Virus record (IMG/VR): IMGVR_UViG_3300033155_000832 | Location: 1 to 59,301 of that record | DNA from: a virus | Lineage: Duplodnaviria > Caudoviricetes | DNA: 59,301 nucleotides | Reading direction: 5' to 3' (one strand) | Position numbers and translations under genes: made by a program | Notes under the pieces: model-generated | What the model saw: only the letters and a program-made list of their open reading frames with translations | Told to the model about the DNA's origin: nothing | Database searches by the model: none | Part shown: piece by piece, positions 17,232 to 26,792 of the stretch | How positions within the stretch are numbered: position 1 is the stretch's first letter | How the letters are laid out: each line of letters starts with the position of its first letter

Positions 17232-18852
17232 GGTCTTTATCGACCTCGATAGAGTGGCTCTTACCGCGGGCGGAGGCGATAGAGCACATCGACTGGTCGC
17301 GTTGTAGTTGGGCTTCGGACTTCAGATCACCCATGAGCTCGCACTTCATCAGAGACTTCGTTAACTCCGCTCCTGTGCCTGCGTCCCATATACGGTCTAG
17401 CGCTTCTTTGTTTTCGTTTGTCAGCATCGAAGCGACGTCCTGCTCTCCGGACTCGACCGCGTCACCTGCGCCGGCTTCGTTCGCAAACTTACGAGTGGCT
17501 CGGTATATCAGGTTAGACGGTAGCTTGAGGTGGTGGATCATCACATATAGTGACCATACTTTCGGGTCGACGCCTAAGCCTTCGCCCACACGTAGTAACG
17601 ACTCGGTGGTCTCATTGCGTAACCGTAAAATCTCTGCGCGGTCGAGCTCTTCTAAGTACGAGGGTGGCGCCATCTTAACAGCCCATTCGAGGGACGACGC
17701 TTCGTCGCCCATACCCATTAAGTGCATGTTCACCTCAAGTGTGGTACGTATCCCTGTTTTGAGGGAGCGCTGTACGCGCTTAACCGAACGCGCAAACCGC
17801 ATGTCCTGCTGGGACAGTGAAGTCTTCCCGTTCAGGTCGCCTTCGAATCCGAAATATGCCTTAGGTGCTCGTGCGGCGCCAAAGAACTTATTCGTGTAAT
17901 ATTCTAAATCGAACATCTGCCCCATGTCACCACTGCCGGGCAGGGTGTCTATGCGCGTCTGTGTGTTCTCGTACATAGGCAGGAACAAGTGTTCGAGCGG
18001 TTGTAGTGGGTTCCACTTCTGTCGGTACGTGCCTGTGGCAGGGTCTGCGTATTCGTGCCTGTTAAATCGGCTTCGCCACCTATTCAACTGGCGAGCAACG
18101 CGCTCAGGCGGGGTCGCCTGCATATCCACCCAAACCGCATAACGGTCGGGAGCTCTCTGCATACGGTAGGTTAGCGCCGCGTCTTCGGTGAGTACGAGCT
18201 GACGCCATGCGCGGAACATAGGTGCGAGGAGGCTGGTGCCGTACATACTGTCTTCGTCGCGCCCTAAGAGGCGAAAGTGTGCGTAGTCCCATGGGTACGA
18301 TGTCTTAGATTTGCGCATTTCACGGAACTTCTGTCCTGTCTGCTTGAAGCCTACGAGCCTATCCAGTGCGTCTTCTACTCGGAACGTCTTCGACGGAGGT
18401 GCGGTACGCCATCCGATGACCCCTAGTTTGTTCGAATACGCTAAACGCCGGAAATGGTCGCCACGTTTGCTCATGTTATATGCGATTGCCGTTATACGGT
18501 CTTCTATCTTCAGGTGGTCTAAGCACTTATGAGAAGCCTCTACGATCTTAGGATCGGAGGACTCTACCCACGCGGTTCGGCCTTGTTCAGGGTCGGGCTG
18601 TGTAGCGTCCTCTGCGTACGCCTCTAAAACGGACGCCACGAGGTCGAAGTCCGCCATGTGGTCGAATATGCGGTACGACTGCGGGCGTGATGTGCGAGAC
18701 AGTAGTCGATCACCTGCCAAAGTGTCGTCGTCTTCGTCTATGTCGTTGGCAGGGTGCACCACCTCACGCGCGTTCTCAGGTGAGGCGCCCCATTGGTATC
18801 GTGAAAATAGTCGTAGAATCGGGTTCATATATTTTCTCGTAGTGTCTGCCAT
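17200..18852 (-). CDS. portal protein (T4 gp20-like)
   Basis: YGTSLL....AWRQL.L.EDA...YR..RAPDR...VD, IDTLPG, D.EY..KFF.A..PKAY and D.RFAR.V.R.Q motifs. Confidence 0.9.
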   Translation of the reverse strand: MADTTRKYMNPILRLFSRYQWGASPENAREVVHPANDIDEDDDTLAGDRLLSRTSRPQSYRIFDHMADFDLVASVLEAYAEDATQPDPEQGRTAWVESSDPKIVEASHKCLDHLKIEDRITAIAYNMSKRGDHFRRLAYSNKLGVIGWRTAPPSKTFRVEDALDRLVGFKQTGQKFREMRKSKTSYPWDYAHFRLLGRDEDSMYGTSLLAPMFRAWRQLVLTEDAALTYRMQRAPDRYAVWVDMQATPPERVARQLNRWRSRFNRHEYADPATGTYRQKWNPLQPLEHLFLPMYENTQTRIDTLPGSGDMGQMFDLEYYTNKFFGAARAPKAYFGFEGDLNGKTSLSQQDMRFARSVKRVQRSLKTGIRTTLEVNMHLMGMGDEASSLEWAVKMAPPSYLEELDRAEILRLRNETTESLLRVGEGLGVDPKVWSLYVMIHHLKLPSNLIYRATRKFANEAGAGDAVESGEQDVASMLTNENKEALDRIWDAGTGAELTKSLMKCELMGDLKSEAQLQRDQSMCSIASARGKSHSIEVDKDLDESWRSIAK

Positions 18853-21800
18853 CCATTATACGACGCACGAGGTTCTGCGTGTTGGACGGTCTGGTCGGTT
18901 ACTTGGTCGGTTACTTGGTCGGTTACTTGGTCGGTTACTTGGTCGGTCACCGGTGCGGGGTCACGCACAGGCGCTGATAGCGCTGTTACCGCCTCAGGAT
19001 GTGTAAGTGCATTATACACACTTCCACAAGCGCTGTCAGCCACGTCTTTAGAGCCTTTACCGCCCTTCGAGGATAGTGCGGGGTGATCAACCTTATAGCG
19101 CGCGCCTCCTCCTACGCCTCCCGAAGTTACGTGGTGTCGCTGTAGGTCAACCATTTCGTTCTCGAACCACGAGTGGTGTGCATACCGCACGCGCCGCTCA
19201 AAGAGTGCGTTACGTAGTGTCATGTACTGCGTGTCGTCTCTATCCACCGACAGGATCTCTGCGGAGAAGCCCGCGCGCTTCAGGAGCTGGACGCTGTCTC
19301 GCGACTGGAAACCGTCATACGTCGTATGTGCGATGCGGTAGAACTGTGCGAGGTACTGTATCAGGTCGCGTAACTTCCATAGTGCGATCTCGCCTGCGTT
19401 GGGGGGCACCACCCGAAGCATGAAGTCGATTTCCACGATGGGCTTGTTTAGGTACGTCTGTGTGCCGTCAGGCAAGCGCGCCTGCGTGCGTAGCGTGCCG
19501 ACAGGGTGTGCCATGGATATGCCGAGGGCGTCACCTGTCAGGCCGATGTCGATGTGAATGAAACGTGGTTTGTCTGGGTGCCGTTTCGGGGTGTAAAGCC
19601 CGTCGACAATGTCGCAGACGCGCAACGGTCGGAAATAATGGCTCAGCGGTTCTTCGTCTAACGTAGTGATCGACACCTCCTCGTGTGCCCACGGGCTAAT
19701 CACATCAGGGTCGACGCAGTCTAAGAGAGACTGACGGTCAGGTACTAGCGGGCTGACGTTGAATGTGGCGATGCCTGCGATGTCACGTAAGGACTGGTCA
19801 GGGTCGCGTTCGAAGTCCTTGCGAAACTCGGAAGGGACGTCGATGATCTTAGCCGACGCGCGTGCTTCTTCGTCCTTGCCCATGATACGAGTAGGGTGCA
19901 TCCGGTCACCCACTTCCACGCGAAAGCGCGCTTTACCGAACTTATGTGCGCCTTTTATCTCCCACAGCCTGTAGTCACTGACGTACATATTCTTGCCGAC
20001 CTGCCCTCGAATACCCTCCACCATTCGTGTGCCCGCCTCTTCCTGTATCCTCTGCTCTAGGAATGACGTCTGTGCGTTCTTAGAGGACATGAGCATGCAG
20101 AGTCCGGGAACTTCTCCGCCGGGGCGTGCGAACCGGCTCCGAATACGGGTTGACGTACTCGAGTAAAGATCATACGCCTGTCCGACTTGCTTACCCGCGG
20201 CGACGTCGCGCTTACTGCGCATGAAGTTTACTTCGTCCATGGCGTAGGAGTAAATGTTGAGGCCTATCGCGTGCAGGTTTGAAGAACCACTTACCACCCT
20301 CACAGGTATGTGCGTAGTGTTCGTCCATGACATCACAGAGTCGATCTTGCGGTTTCGTGGAAAGACTTCACGGAAGTACGGGGAGCGGTCGACGTTGCCC
20401 ATCATCATAGGGTAGCCGGAGCCTCCGACCTGCCCTTTCGTGATCGAGTACAGGCCTAAAACAAACATGGAGTTACTCGGTAGCCCGTAATAATCAGCTG
20501 GGGACTTAAGGCACGACAGCCGGTAAAGGATGTAGGTCATAGCCAGCATAGCCAACGTGGTTTTGCCGACGCCAATAGCCCCCGTATTCCCTGAGATAAT
20601 ACCGTCGCGACCGTTCGTCGAGATCGCGAAATTACCGTAGTCAGGGACGGTTAGGCAGTATACGTGGTCTATTTCAGCTTTCCTTATGGATACGACCTTA
20701 TGGTTGCGATAACCATGCCTAACGTCGCGGATCGTGAGTCCTGCGTCGCGAAGTATCCGCACCACTGCGTTACGCGAGATCTCAAGCGCGGTATAAACGG
20801 CACTTAGGTTTCCGTGGGTGTCGTAACTGTCGTATATATCACGCACAGAGACGTCCCTCCGTACCTTACTTGTATCCTTGCCCCACGTGTTCCCTATGCT
20901 CCGTAACGAGCATCGTAGTGACGCCTCACGGTGCTGTTCTGGGTCTGACCAGCGAACGGCATTGCCCTTCTTACCTGCCACGGAACAAGATAGAGGTGTA
21001 TTAACCTTCTGCGCGTGTTCGAGATTACTGATCGCAAGAGCACGCCCCTTGGCTGTGTTCATGTACTTCTTGTGGCCTTTTCGTATCGGAGAGTGGGGGT
21101 CGTTGCATGCTATTGTCTGCCGTAGTGATGCTCGTTTTCGCGAGGCTTCTGTCGGCCCTGCCTGTCGGTGTAGCTCTCTGTGGTCGCCCCACCCCATCCA
21201 ACGAAGATTTTCGGGACTGTTGTTTCGTTTGTCGAAATCTACGTGGTGGCAGACGGCACGGTCGTACCCGTCCGACCCTTCCCACGTCTTAGGACACGTA
21301 CCGCCTGTGTGTTCCGACGCCACCATCCTGTGCGTGTACTCCCAAGCCTTTGTCCCTGTGCTATAGACCTGCTCATACCCTTGCAAGCGTTGTCCTGTCT
21401 GTTTCTTGTCCCTTGTCAGGAACGGCATGAGGGCGTCGCCTTCCTTTAAGTCACGTAGTCTGCGCTTGGTGCCGTCGTGGCACACAAACTCGTGGTCTGC
21501 GTTCGCCTTGACGGTACTGCCGTCATCCAACGTCAGCTCGTACAGTTGGTCTTTTGCGAACTTAGTGACGCGTGTGCACTTCCCTGAGCGCATGTTACCT
21601 GCGGTGTCTGCGGAATACACCCAAAAGTCGTCACCCTTGTCTCCGTACTCAGCGTAAAGCTCTTTGAGTGTGCGCGTACGCCCGTCGAGCAAAGGAACAC
21701 GAGTGTCTCCGTGCAGACAGAGTATCCATTCTGATATGGTGGAGCCGGGTGCGAAGATGTGCTCTAGGTCGCGTATCCAAGGATCGGCCAGAATATCGAG

Positions 21801-22145
21801 AGAACTGCTGTCCTTGGTGTCGACGAACAACCCGCCTGCGTAGTAGTGGTCTTCTAGGAACGGAACGATCTGTACCGGCTTCCGGAGGTAATCGACTTCC
21901 CAAAGTATATCCGCGGACGCGTTATCTGCGTCCCCTGTCTGTAGTGCTTCGCGCATCCATTTCAGTACGTACGCCCGTTCGCCGGTCTTCAGTGTGTCGA
22001 ACAGGTCACGACGGTCATGCAGTACCTCTGCCAACACCTTGTCGTACAGCGCTTTATCGTCTGACGTGCGGACGCTAGCAGGGCGAACGGGGTCTGCTTG
22101 TAAATCTGCGGGTACTGCTATCTTAGGTCGTCTGCGTACTGGCAT
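18825..22145 (-). CDS. terL: terminase large subunit with intein
   Basis: Walker A GAIGVGKT after intein removal, Walker B YAMDE, RNase-H-like HID.G...DA.G, TYDGFQS and KDVADS..G; next to the portal. Confidence 0.9.
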   Translation of the reverse strand: MPVRRRPKIAVPADLQADPVRPASVRTSDDKALYDKVLAEVLHDRRDLFDTLKTGERAYVLKWMREALQTGDADNASADILWEVDYLRKPVQIVPFLEDHYYAGGLFVDTKDSSSLDILADPWIRDLEHIFAPGSTISEWILCLHGDTRVPLLDGRTRTLKELYAEYGDKGDDFWVYSADTAGNMRSGKCTRVTKFAKDQLYELTLDDGSTVKANADHEFVCHDGTKRRLRDLKEGDALMPFLTRDKKQTGQRLQGYEQVYSTGTKAWEYTHRMVASEHTGGTCPKTWEGSDGYDRAVCHHVDFDKRNNSPENLRWMGWGDHRELHRQAGPTEASRKRASLRQTIACNDPHSPIRKGHKKYMNTAKGRALAISNLEHAQKVNTPLSCSVAGKKGNAVRWSDPEQHREASLRCSLRSIGNTWGKDTSKVRRDVSVRDIYDSYDTHGNLSAVYTALEISRNAVVRILRDAGLTIRDVRHGYRNHKVVSIRKAEIDHVYCLTVPDYGNFAISTNGRDGIISGNTGAIGVGKTTLAMLAMTYILYRLSCLKSPADYYGLPSNSMFVLGLYSITKGQVGGSGYPMMMGNVDRSPYFREVFPRNRKIDSVMSWTNTTHIPVRVVSGSSNLHAIGLNIYSYAMDEVNFMRSKRDVAAGKQVGQAYDLYSSTSTRIRSRFARPGGEVPGLCMLMSSKNAQTSFLEQRIQEEAGTRMVEGIRGQVGKNMYVSDYRLWEIKGAHKFGKARFRVEVGDRMHPTRIMGKDEEARASAKIIDVPSEFRKDFERDPDQSLRDIAGIATFNVSPLVPDRQSLLDCVDPDVISPWAHEEVSITTLDEEPLSHYFRPLRVCDIVDGLYTPKRHPDKPRFIHIDIGLTGDALGISMAHPVGTLRTQARLPDGTQTYLNKPIVEIDFMLRVVPPNAGEIALWKLRDLIQYLAQFYRIAHTTYDGFQSRDSVQLLKRAGFSAEILSVDRDDTQYMTLRNALFERRVRYAHHSWFENEMVDLQRHHVTSGGVGGGARYKVDHPALSSKGGKGSKDVADSACGSVYNALTHPEAVTALSAPVRDPAPVTDQVTDQVTDQVTDQVTDQTVQHAEPRASYNGWQTLRENI
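18892..18950. repeat. 12-bp tandem repeat x~5 encoding (VTDQ)5
   Basis: TGGTCGGTTACT x4 plus one variant copy in the terminase C-terminal tail. Confidence 0.9.
19011..19039 (-). promoter_or_regulatory. internal promoter candidate within terL, facing the portal
   Basis: CTGACA-17-TATAAT with the family GAAGTGTG spacer motif. Confidence 0.55.
20586..21719 (-). mobile_element. intein (378 aa) with HNH homing endonuclease in terL
   Basis: N-terminal CLHGDTRVPLLDG, block B ANADHEF, HHVDFDKRNNSPENL, block F VYCLTV...NF, C-terminal SGN|T. Confidence 0.9.
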
Positions 22146-22864
22146 TATTTACGCCCCTTCTTCGTCTGCTTTTTGGTGCCTGCGGTTCGTCCTATACGTG
22201 TCCGCACTTTAGACGCCACTTTTTTCGCCACTTTAGATGACTGCACCTTTTTGCGTTTCGCGTTCTTCTCCGCGCTCGCTTTGACCTTTTTCTTCTGTGC
22301 GTCGACCAGTGCCACCACATCCCCGTGCACCTTCTCTATCGCTGTGCGAGTCCGCTCCCTGCTTATCGCCTTAGTCTCATATGTATGCGCATCGTCTTCG
22401 TCATAATCAAACTCAAGCGTAGTCTCTCTGCCACCCACGAGGATCTTCAGGTTCAGCTCACGGACGCCCGCCACTTCGGCCTGTTTGGTGTCAATGCCTA
22501 TCTGCTCGATAACATTCTCGGCTGTGCGTAACTGCATAGCCGAAGGTGCCTGCGGAGGCATAGGATCACCTGCCTCTATGATCTTCGCTAATTCTGCGTG
22601 CTCGGGTACGTCGTCCAGCGACCTATCGAGGATGTCCAGCGCCTTAGGTAGCATAGAGGTGACGCGCCTGCGTGCCCAGTGCTTAGCACGTGCCTCGGTC
22701 TGCTCACGTTCAGTAAAGTCAAGCGCGAGCAACCGTAGGTACTCCTGCACTTCCTTCTGTTGTTGGAAGCCTTTGAGGCGCTCCACCGTCCAGCCACTGT
22801 GTAGTAGCCCCATCGGTCCTTGCGCGAACAGTACATCAGCGTATTTCTTGTCAGATTCGGTCAT
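22145..22864 (-). CDS. hypothetical protein, possible terminase small subunit
   Basis: Immediately upstream of terL with TAATG coupling; helical with a Lys-rich tail; assignment is positional only. Confidence 0.5.
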   Translation of the reverse strand: MTESDKKYADVLFAQGPMGLLHSGWTVERLKGFQQQKEVQEYLRLLALDFTEREQTEARAKHWARRRVTSMLPKALDILDRSLDDVPEHAELAKIIEAGDPMPPQAPSAMQLRTAENVIEQIGIDTKQAEVAGVRELNLKILVGGRETTLEFDYDEDDAHTYETKAISRERTRTAIEKVHGDVVALVDAQKKKVKASAEKNAKRKKVQSSKVAKKVASKVRTRIGRTAGTKKQTKKGRK

Positions 22865-23135
22865 GTGCTCTGATTCTCTTGAGTAACTTGCGGGATAACT
22901 TCATTCGTACGTGTGTGCGTGCTCCTACAGTACGTACGGCGCCTGCACGGGCAAAGCGTGTAGGCTTCTTGGTGTACGGCTCTAGCTTGGCGACGCCCGT
23001 CAGTTGTACGCTGTGTCCACGTGCCAGCTCATCACTGATCGTATGCAGGTAGGTTGTGATTACCTTGGCAACGACTGCGACCGGTACGCCTGTGTCTGCG
23101 GTTACGCGTCCTCGTATGTTTAGCTTACTGCTCAC
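22851..23135 (-). CDS. HU/IHF-like DNA-binding protein
   Basis: K..I...V...TGVP...V..VI..YL.TI..EL..G.SVQL.GV..LEP....P.R........V.AR..V.MKLS..L; GTG start inferred. Confidence 0.7.
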   Translation of the reverse strand: MSSKLNIRGRVTADTGVPVAVVAKVITTYLHTISDELARGHSVQLTGVAKLEPYTKKPTRFARAGAVRTVGARTHVRMKLSRKLLKRIRAHDRI

Positions 23136-23671
23136 GATGTACCTCGCGCATGTGCCCAACGTAGTGTCTGTACGTCTTGTAATATGTAAAAAGAACGGGG
23201 TTTGTTGTCTACCCATATAGTAACAGGTGGGGATGTCGTTTGACAAATGATTTGTGTGTCTATCTGCCCTCCGTCACGTTGGAAGTAGTTTTTGGTCTCT
23301 AGCACCAACAACTTCGGAAAGCGTGCGCGCCCTAGGATCAGCAACCAAGGCAAGTCTGCTCGCGCGCCTTGTTCGGACGCTTGCTGGATGTGCGCGCGTA
23401 GTGTCGGCTTGCTCTGTGTAAGCAGACCATCGAGTGTGAATTTCTCATCTTTTTTGCATTCTACTGCGTACGGGAACGGTCGATCGGGGCGTGACATGAT
23501 GTCGCCTTCCCCTTCCCAGTGCCCCTCGGTGGGTACGATACTGGTCGAGCGCCTGCGAAAAGGTAGGTGTGCCATCGTAGGTGTAACCGCCTCCGCGCCA
23601 TACACAATACGCGTTAGCTCAATACAGCACTCATTCTCAAACCGGTTGCCTATTGCGCGTCCGTTCTTCAT
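23132..23671 (-). CDS. Holliday junction resolvase (Hjc-like PD-(D/E)xK)
   Basis: GR..GNRFE.E, GDI and VECK motifs. Confidence 0.8.
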   Translation of the reverse strand: MKNGRAIGNRFENECCIELTRIVYGAEAVTPTMAHLPFRRRSTSIVPTEGHWEGEGDIMSRPDRPFPYAVECKKDEKFTLDGLLTQSKPTLRAHIQQASEQGARADLPWLLILGRARFPKLLVLETKNYFQRDGGQIDTQIICQTTSPPVTIWVDNKPRSFYILQDVQTLRWAHARGTS

Positions 23672-23681
23672 ATTATAATCC

Positions 23682-25538
23682 TTACTCGGTGTGGATGGTG
23701 GCGGATGTGCCGTCGTGACAGACGGTTATGATTTGATCTGCGGATGATTTAATCTCGGATCTATGTGAGATAACGATAACAGGCGTCTCTTCGGACAGCT
23801 CGCACAAGAGCGCTGAGACTGCGTCGACTCCTGTAGCGTCAACCCCGTCAAACAGCTCATCTGCGAATAACTGCATACTGGCGTCGCCTATCACCGTCTG
23901 CCTGATACTCAACAGTAGTGCCAGCATAACACGCGTGCGTTGCCCTGTGGACGACATAGCGAAGCTGGTGGCCGAGTGTGGTATCTGCAGATGAATGTCG
24001 ATCTTCTCTCGCGTCTCGCCTGACGCAGTCTTGGAGGTGGCCGACAGCGATAACTGCGTCCCCGCTCCTACGAGTCGCTGTGCGTAATAGGCACAATGCC
24101 TGTTAATGGTGGCAAGGTGTGCGTCCAGCAGGTGCGACCGCAAGCCGGTCGGGTGGAACACCTGTACGAGGTAATCGACTTGTTCTTTCAGTGCTAAGGT
24201 GTCTGCGCTGTCTGCGTTGGCGGTCACGATACGAGCCTCTGCGTCTGTGATACCTTGTTTTAGGCGTGTACAGGTTTTGGCGTACAGCGCGGTGGCCTGT
24301 TGGAGCGCCTTGAGCTCGACGTTCAATGTCTTCACGTCCGAACGTAGTACCTGTAACTCCCGCTCGGCCACTCCGAGCACGTCGAACAACTCTGTGAACT
24401 CTGCAGATTCTTCGTGTGGGGGTCGCACCGGCTTGTCCTGCAGGCCTGCGTGCAACTTCTTGTGCGTTTCGGTGGCCTGTTGCGTATCGTCTTCTGCTTC
24501 TGTGAGCTTCCTCTCCGCCTGTTCTACAAGGTCGGTGCTCACTCCTGACACCTCTTGCCCGCACGTAGGACAATGCTTCGCATGCTTCGCGTCTTCGACG
24601 GCGCGCTCGGCTGTCTGTACAGTACGTGACAGTCTGTCACATTCGCGCTCTGCTGTGCGTACATCGGACGCCTGTGCAGACCACTTATCCAAGGCCTGTG
24701 TGTACACTTTTTCAGCTTTTTCAGCTTTACGGGAGTCCGCTTCCTCGAGCTCGAGCGTCTCCGCCTTGACCTGTTTGACATCCTCGGCCAGACTCGTACC
24801 CTCTTCGGTGAGTCGGTCACGCTCTTGCTCTTGTTCGCGGTGGTACTCTTCGTCAGGGGCGTCCTGTGCGTGCTCGTCTAGCTCGTGTTTGTAGTGCTCT
24901 ATGTCTTTTTGTGCCTGCCACACGGTGTTCTCGTGCTCGGACAGCTCTTTGCTGAGCGCCAGCGCGTCGGACTTGGCCTGTGAGTAGGCGGTGGTGAATC
25001 TGTCGTAATCCAAGAGGGACTCGAGCAGGTTCTTACGTTCCGCATCCGTGGCGGTTAAGAAGTTACTCGCCGCAGAACGCACGCCAAACATGTAAGTCGA
25101 TAAGAACGTGTTCTTACTCATGCCTAAGTGGTTCTCTAGCTGTGCTTGCGCCATGTCCGTACGACCGGGCGTCATGTCTTCGCCACCCACGTGCAGGGAT
25201 AGTCCTGTGGTACGCCCTTGGCACTTACGTACACGGTTGACCACGACCTCGACACCGTCACGTAGTAACACCACTGTGACGCTCGTGCCCTTGCCCGCTT
25301 CGTTACGAATAATATCATCGGCTTTGATGTCCTTGGCAGGACCGCGCATAAGGCTTCCGTAGAGCGCCCAGACGATTGCCTCGAATATCATAGACTTGCC
25401 CGCACCGTTGCCGTCGGCTAACAGCGCGTGCGTTACCTTACCTTGGATAACGGTAAGCCCTTCGTCAAAGTCTAGCTCGACGTCTTCGAACGGTCCGAAT
25501 TGTTGTGCGCGTACGCTCTTAATGTAAAGCACTTTCAC
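23682..25538 (-). CDS. sbcC: SbcC/Rad50 (T4 gp46-like) ATPase
   Basis: NGAGKS, coiled coil with CPTCGQ zinc hook, signature-like SSTGQ and Walker B FADE.FD. Confidence 0.9.
   Translation of the reverse strand: MKVLYIKSVRAQQFGPFEDVELDFDEGLTVIQGKVTHALLADGNGAGKSMIFEAIVWALYGSLMRGPAKDIKADDIIRNEAGKGTSVTVVLLRDGVEVVVNRVRKCQGRTTGLSLHVGGEDMTPGRTDMAQAQLENHLGMSKNTFLSTYMFGVRSAASNFLTATDAERKNLLESLLDYDRFTTAYSQAKSDALALSKELSEHENTVWQAQKDIEHYKHELDEHAQDAPDEEYHREQEQERDRLTEEGTSLAEDVKQVKAETLELEEADSRKAEKAEKVYTQALDKWSAQASDVRTAERECDRLSRTVQTAERAVEDAKHAKHCPTCGQEVSGVSTDLVEQAERKLTEAEDDTQQATETHKKLHAGLQDKPVRPPHEESAEFTELFDVLGVAERELQVLRSDVKTLNVELKALQQATALYAKTCTRLKQGITDAEARIVTANADSADTLALKEQVDYLVQVFHPTGLRSHLLDAHLATINRHCAYYAQRLVGAGTQLSLSATSKTASGETREKIDIHLQIPHSATSFAMSSTGQRTRVMLALLLSIRQTVIGDASMQLFADELFDGVDATGVDAVSALLCELSEETPVIVISHRSEIKSSADQIITVCHDGTSATIHTE
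24626..24640. promoter_or_regulatory. palindrome GTGACA-GTC-TGTCAC (copy 2 of 5, intragenic)
   Basis: Inside sbcC; flanks AC and ATT match those of other copies. Confidence 0.45.
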
Positions 25539-26550
25539 CTCTCATATATTGTTCTGCGATTGTTAATACCGACGCCAGCTCTTCTCCTGCCATGGTAGGG
25601 CAGTCAGAGGCTATGTAGGTTGCGATAATGTCTCGATCTGTATTCTGTGCGGTAAGCTCCGGCATACGTGCCAGCTCGGTATCCAGCTTAGGCGTAGTGT
25701 AGTCTGCGGTAACCGACACGTCTTGGAATAGTTGCTCACCGTCTTCGACCTCGAAATCCACACGCACGAAATCGTCGTCCATCACAGCCTTAACCGCCTT
25801 GCGGTCTTTGCACCTGTGGAAACGCGGTGAGATAGTGTTGTCGACGAACGTCTCGGAGAGCTCATCGTCTATTAGCATGTACCCGCGGTCACCGTCCGAG
25901 TCCCCGAAATTAAGCTGGAGGGGTGCGCCCACGTACTGAATAGGGTCGCCTGTACTTGTGTGGATAGTGGTTCGGTCGTGTACGTCGCCTAAGACAACCA
26001 TGTCCGCGCCACCTGATGTGAACAGGTCAGGGTCGACCCCTTTGGTTCCTGCGACACCCTTGAGTAGTGCGTGCCCGAACAGTAGGTCGACATCTTTTAC
26101 TTTACGCACGCCCTCCTGCATTTGAGCCACGTCGTCTGACCACGGTACAAAGCCTACCGACAGACCGCCTATGATTATCCGCGTAGGCTGAAGGTGTACC
26201 GTTAGGTTGTGGTCGTTGCCGACATCGAACATTGACAGTGCTGTGATCGAGGTGTCGCGTAGATACGCATCATGGTTACCTGCGAGGACGTGCACGCCCT
26301 CGGTGAATCGCGTATTGGCGAATCGGAGACAGTGGGCAACCGCCTGTAGTACCGGTACTTCGATCTTATCTCGGTTGTCGAACAGGTCACCTGCTATTAC
26401 GCCTGTGGTGGCTCCGCGCTCAATAGAGTCCGTCACCCACCATTCGAACGCCTCAACAACGTCGGCTAAGCGGGACGTGATCCAGCGTGCGTTAGGCTTG
26501 GAGCGAGACGCGTACATTGCGAACTGCCAGTCTGCTGTTACTGTGAGCAT
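25519..26550 (-). CDS. sbcD: SbcD/Mre11 (T4 gp47-like) metallophosphoesterase nuclease
   Basis: ADWQ, AGDLFD, AGNHD, FGH, LGDVH and YVGAP..LNFGD motifs; start moved to 26550. Confidence 0.85.
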   Translation of the reverse strand: MLTVTADWQFAMYASRSKPNARWITSRLADVVEAFEWWVTDSIERGATTGVIAGDLFDNRDKIEVPVLQAVAHCLRFANTRFTEGVHVLAGNHDAYLRDTSITALSMFDVGNDHNLTVHLQPTRIIIGGLSVGFVPWSDDVAQMQEGVRKVKDVDLLFGHALLKGVAGTKGVDPDLFTSGGADMVVLGDVHDRTTIHTSTGDPIQYVGAPLQLNFGDSDGDRGYMLIDDELSETFVDNTISPRFHRCKDRKAVKAVMDDDFVRVDFEVEDGEQLFQDVSVTADYTTPKLDTELARMPELTAQNTDRDIIATYIASDCPTMAGEELASVLTIAEQYMRGESALH

Positions 26551-26792
26551 GGATCGTCTCCTGTCGGCTTGCCATAGCGTGCCGTACGTGCCATCTGGTT
26601 GATAGACTGGATCAGTAGCTCTGTGTATCGCTGTTGCGCTTCGTTGATGCAACCGTCGTGGCTCAGCTCGACAATCTCCTCTGCGTCCATCTGTGACAGC
26701 TCGGGATATTCCTTGCGTAGTGCTAAGGCGACGTTCTCGACCGCGCAGGTGATGACACCTTTTAATTTTCGAGACTTGGGCGGGTACTTCAT
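26538..26792 (-). CDS. hypothetical protein
   Basis: 84-aa ORF with ATGA overlap, filling the gap between the exonuclease and sbcD. Confidence 0.5.
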   Translation of the reverse strand: MKYPPKSRKLKGVITCAVENVALALRKEYPELSQMDAEEIVELSHDGCINEAQQRYTELLIQSINQMARTARYGKPTGDDPCSQ

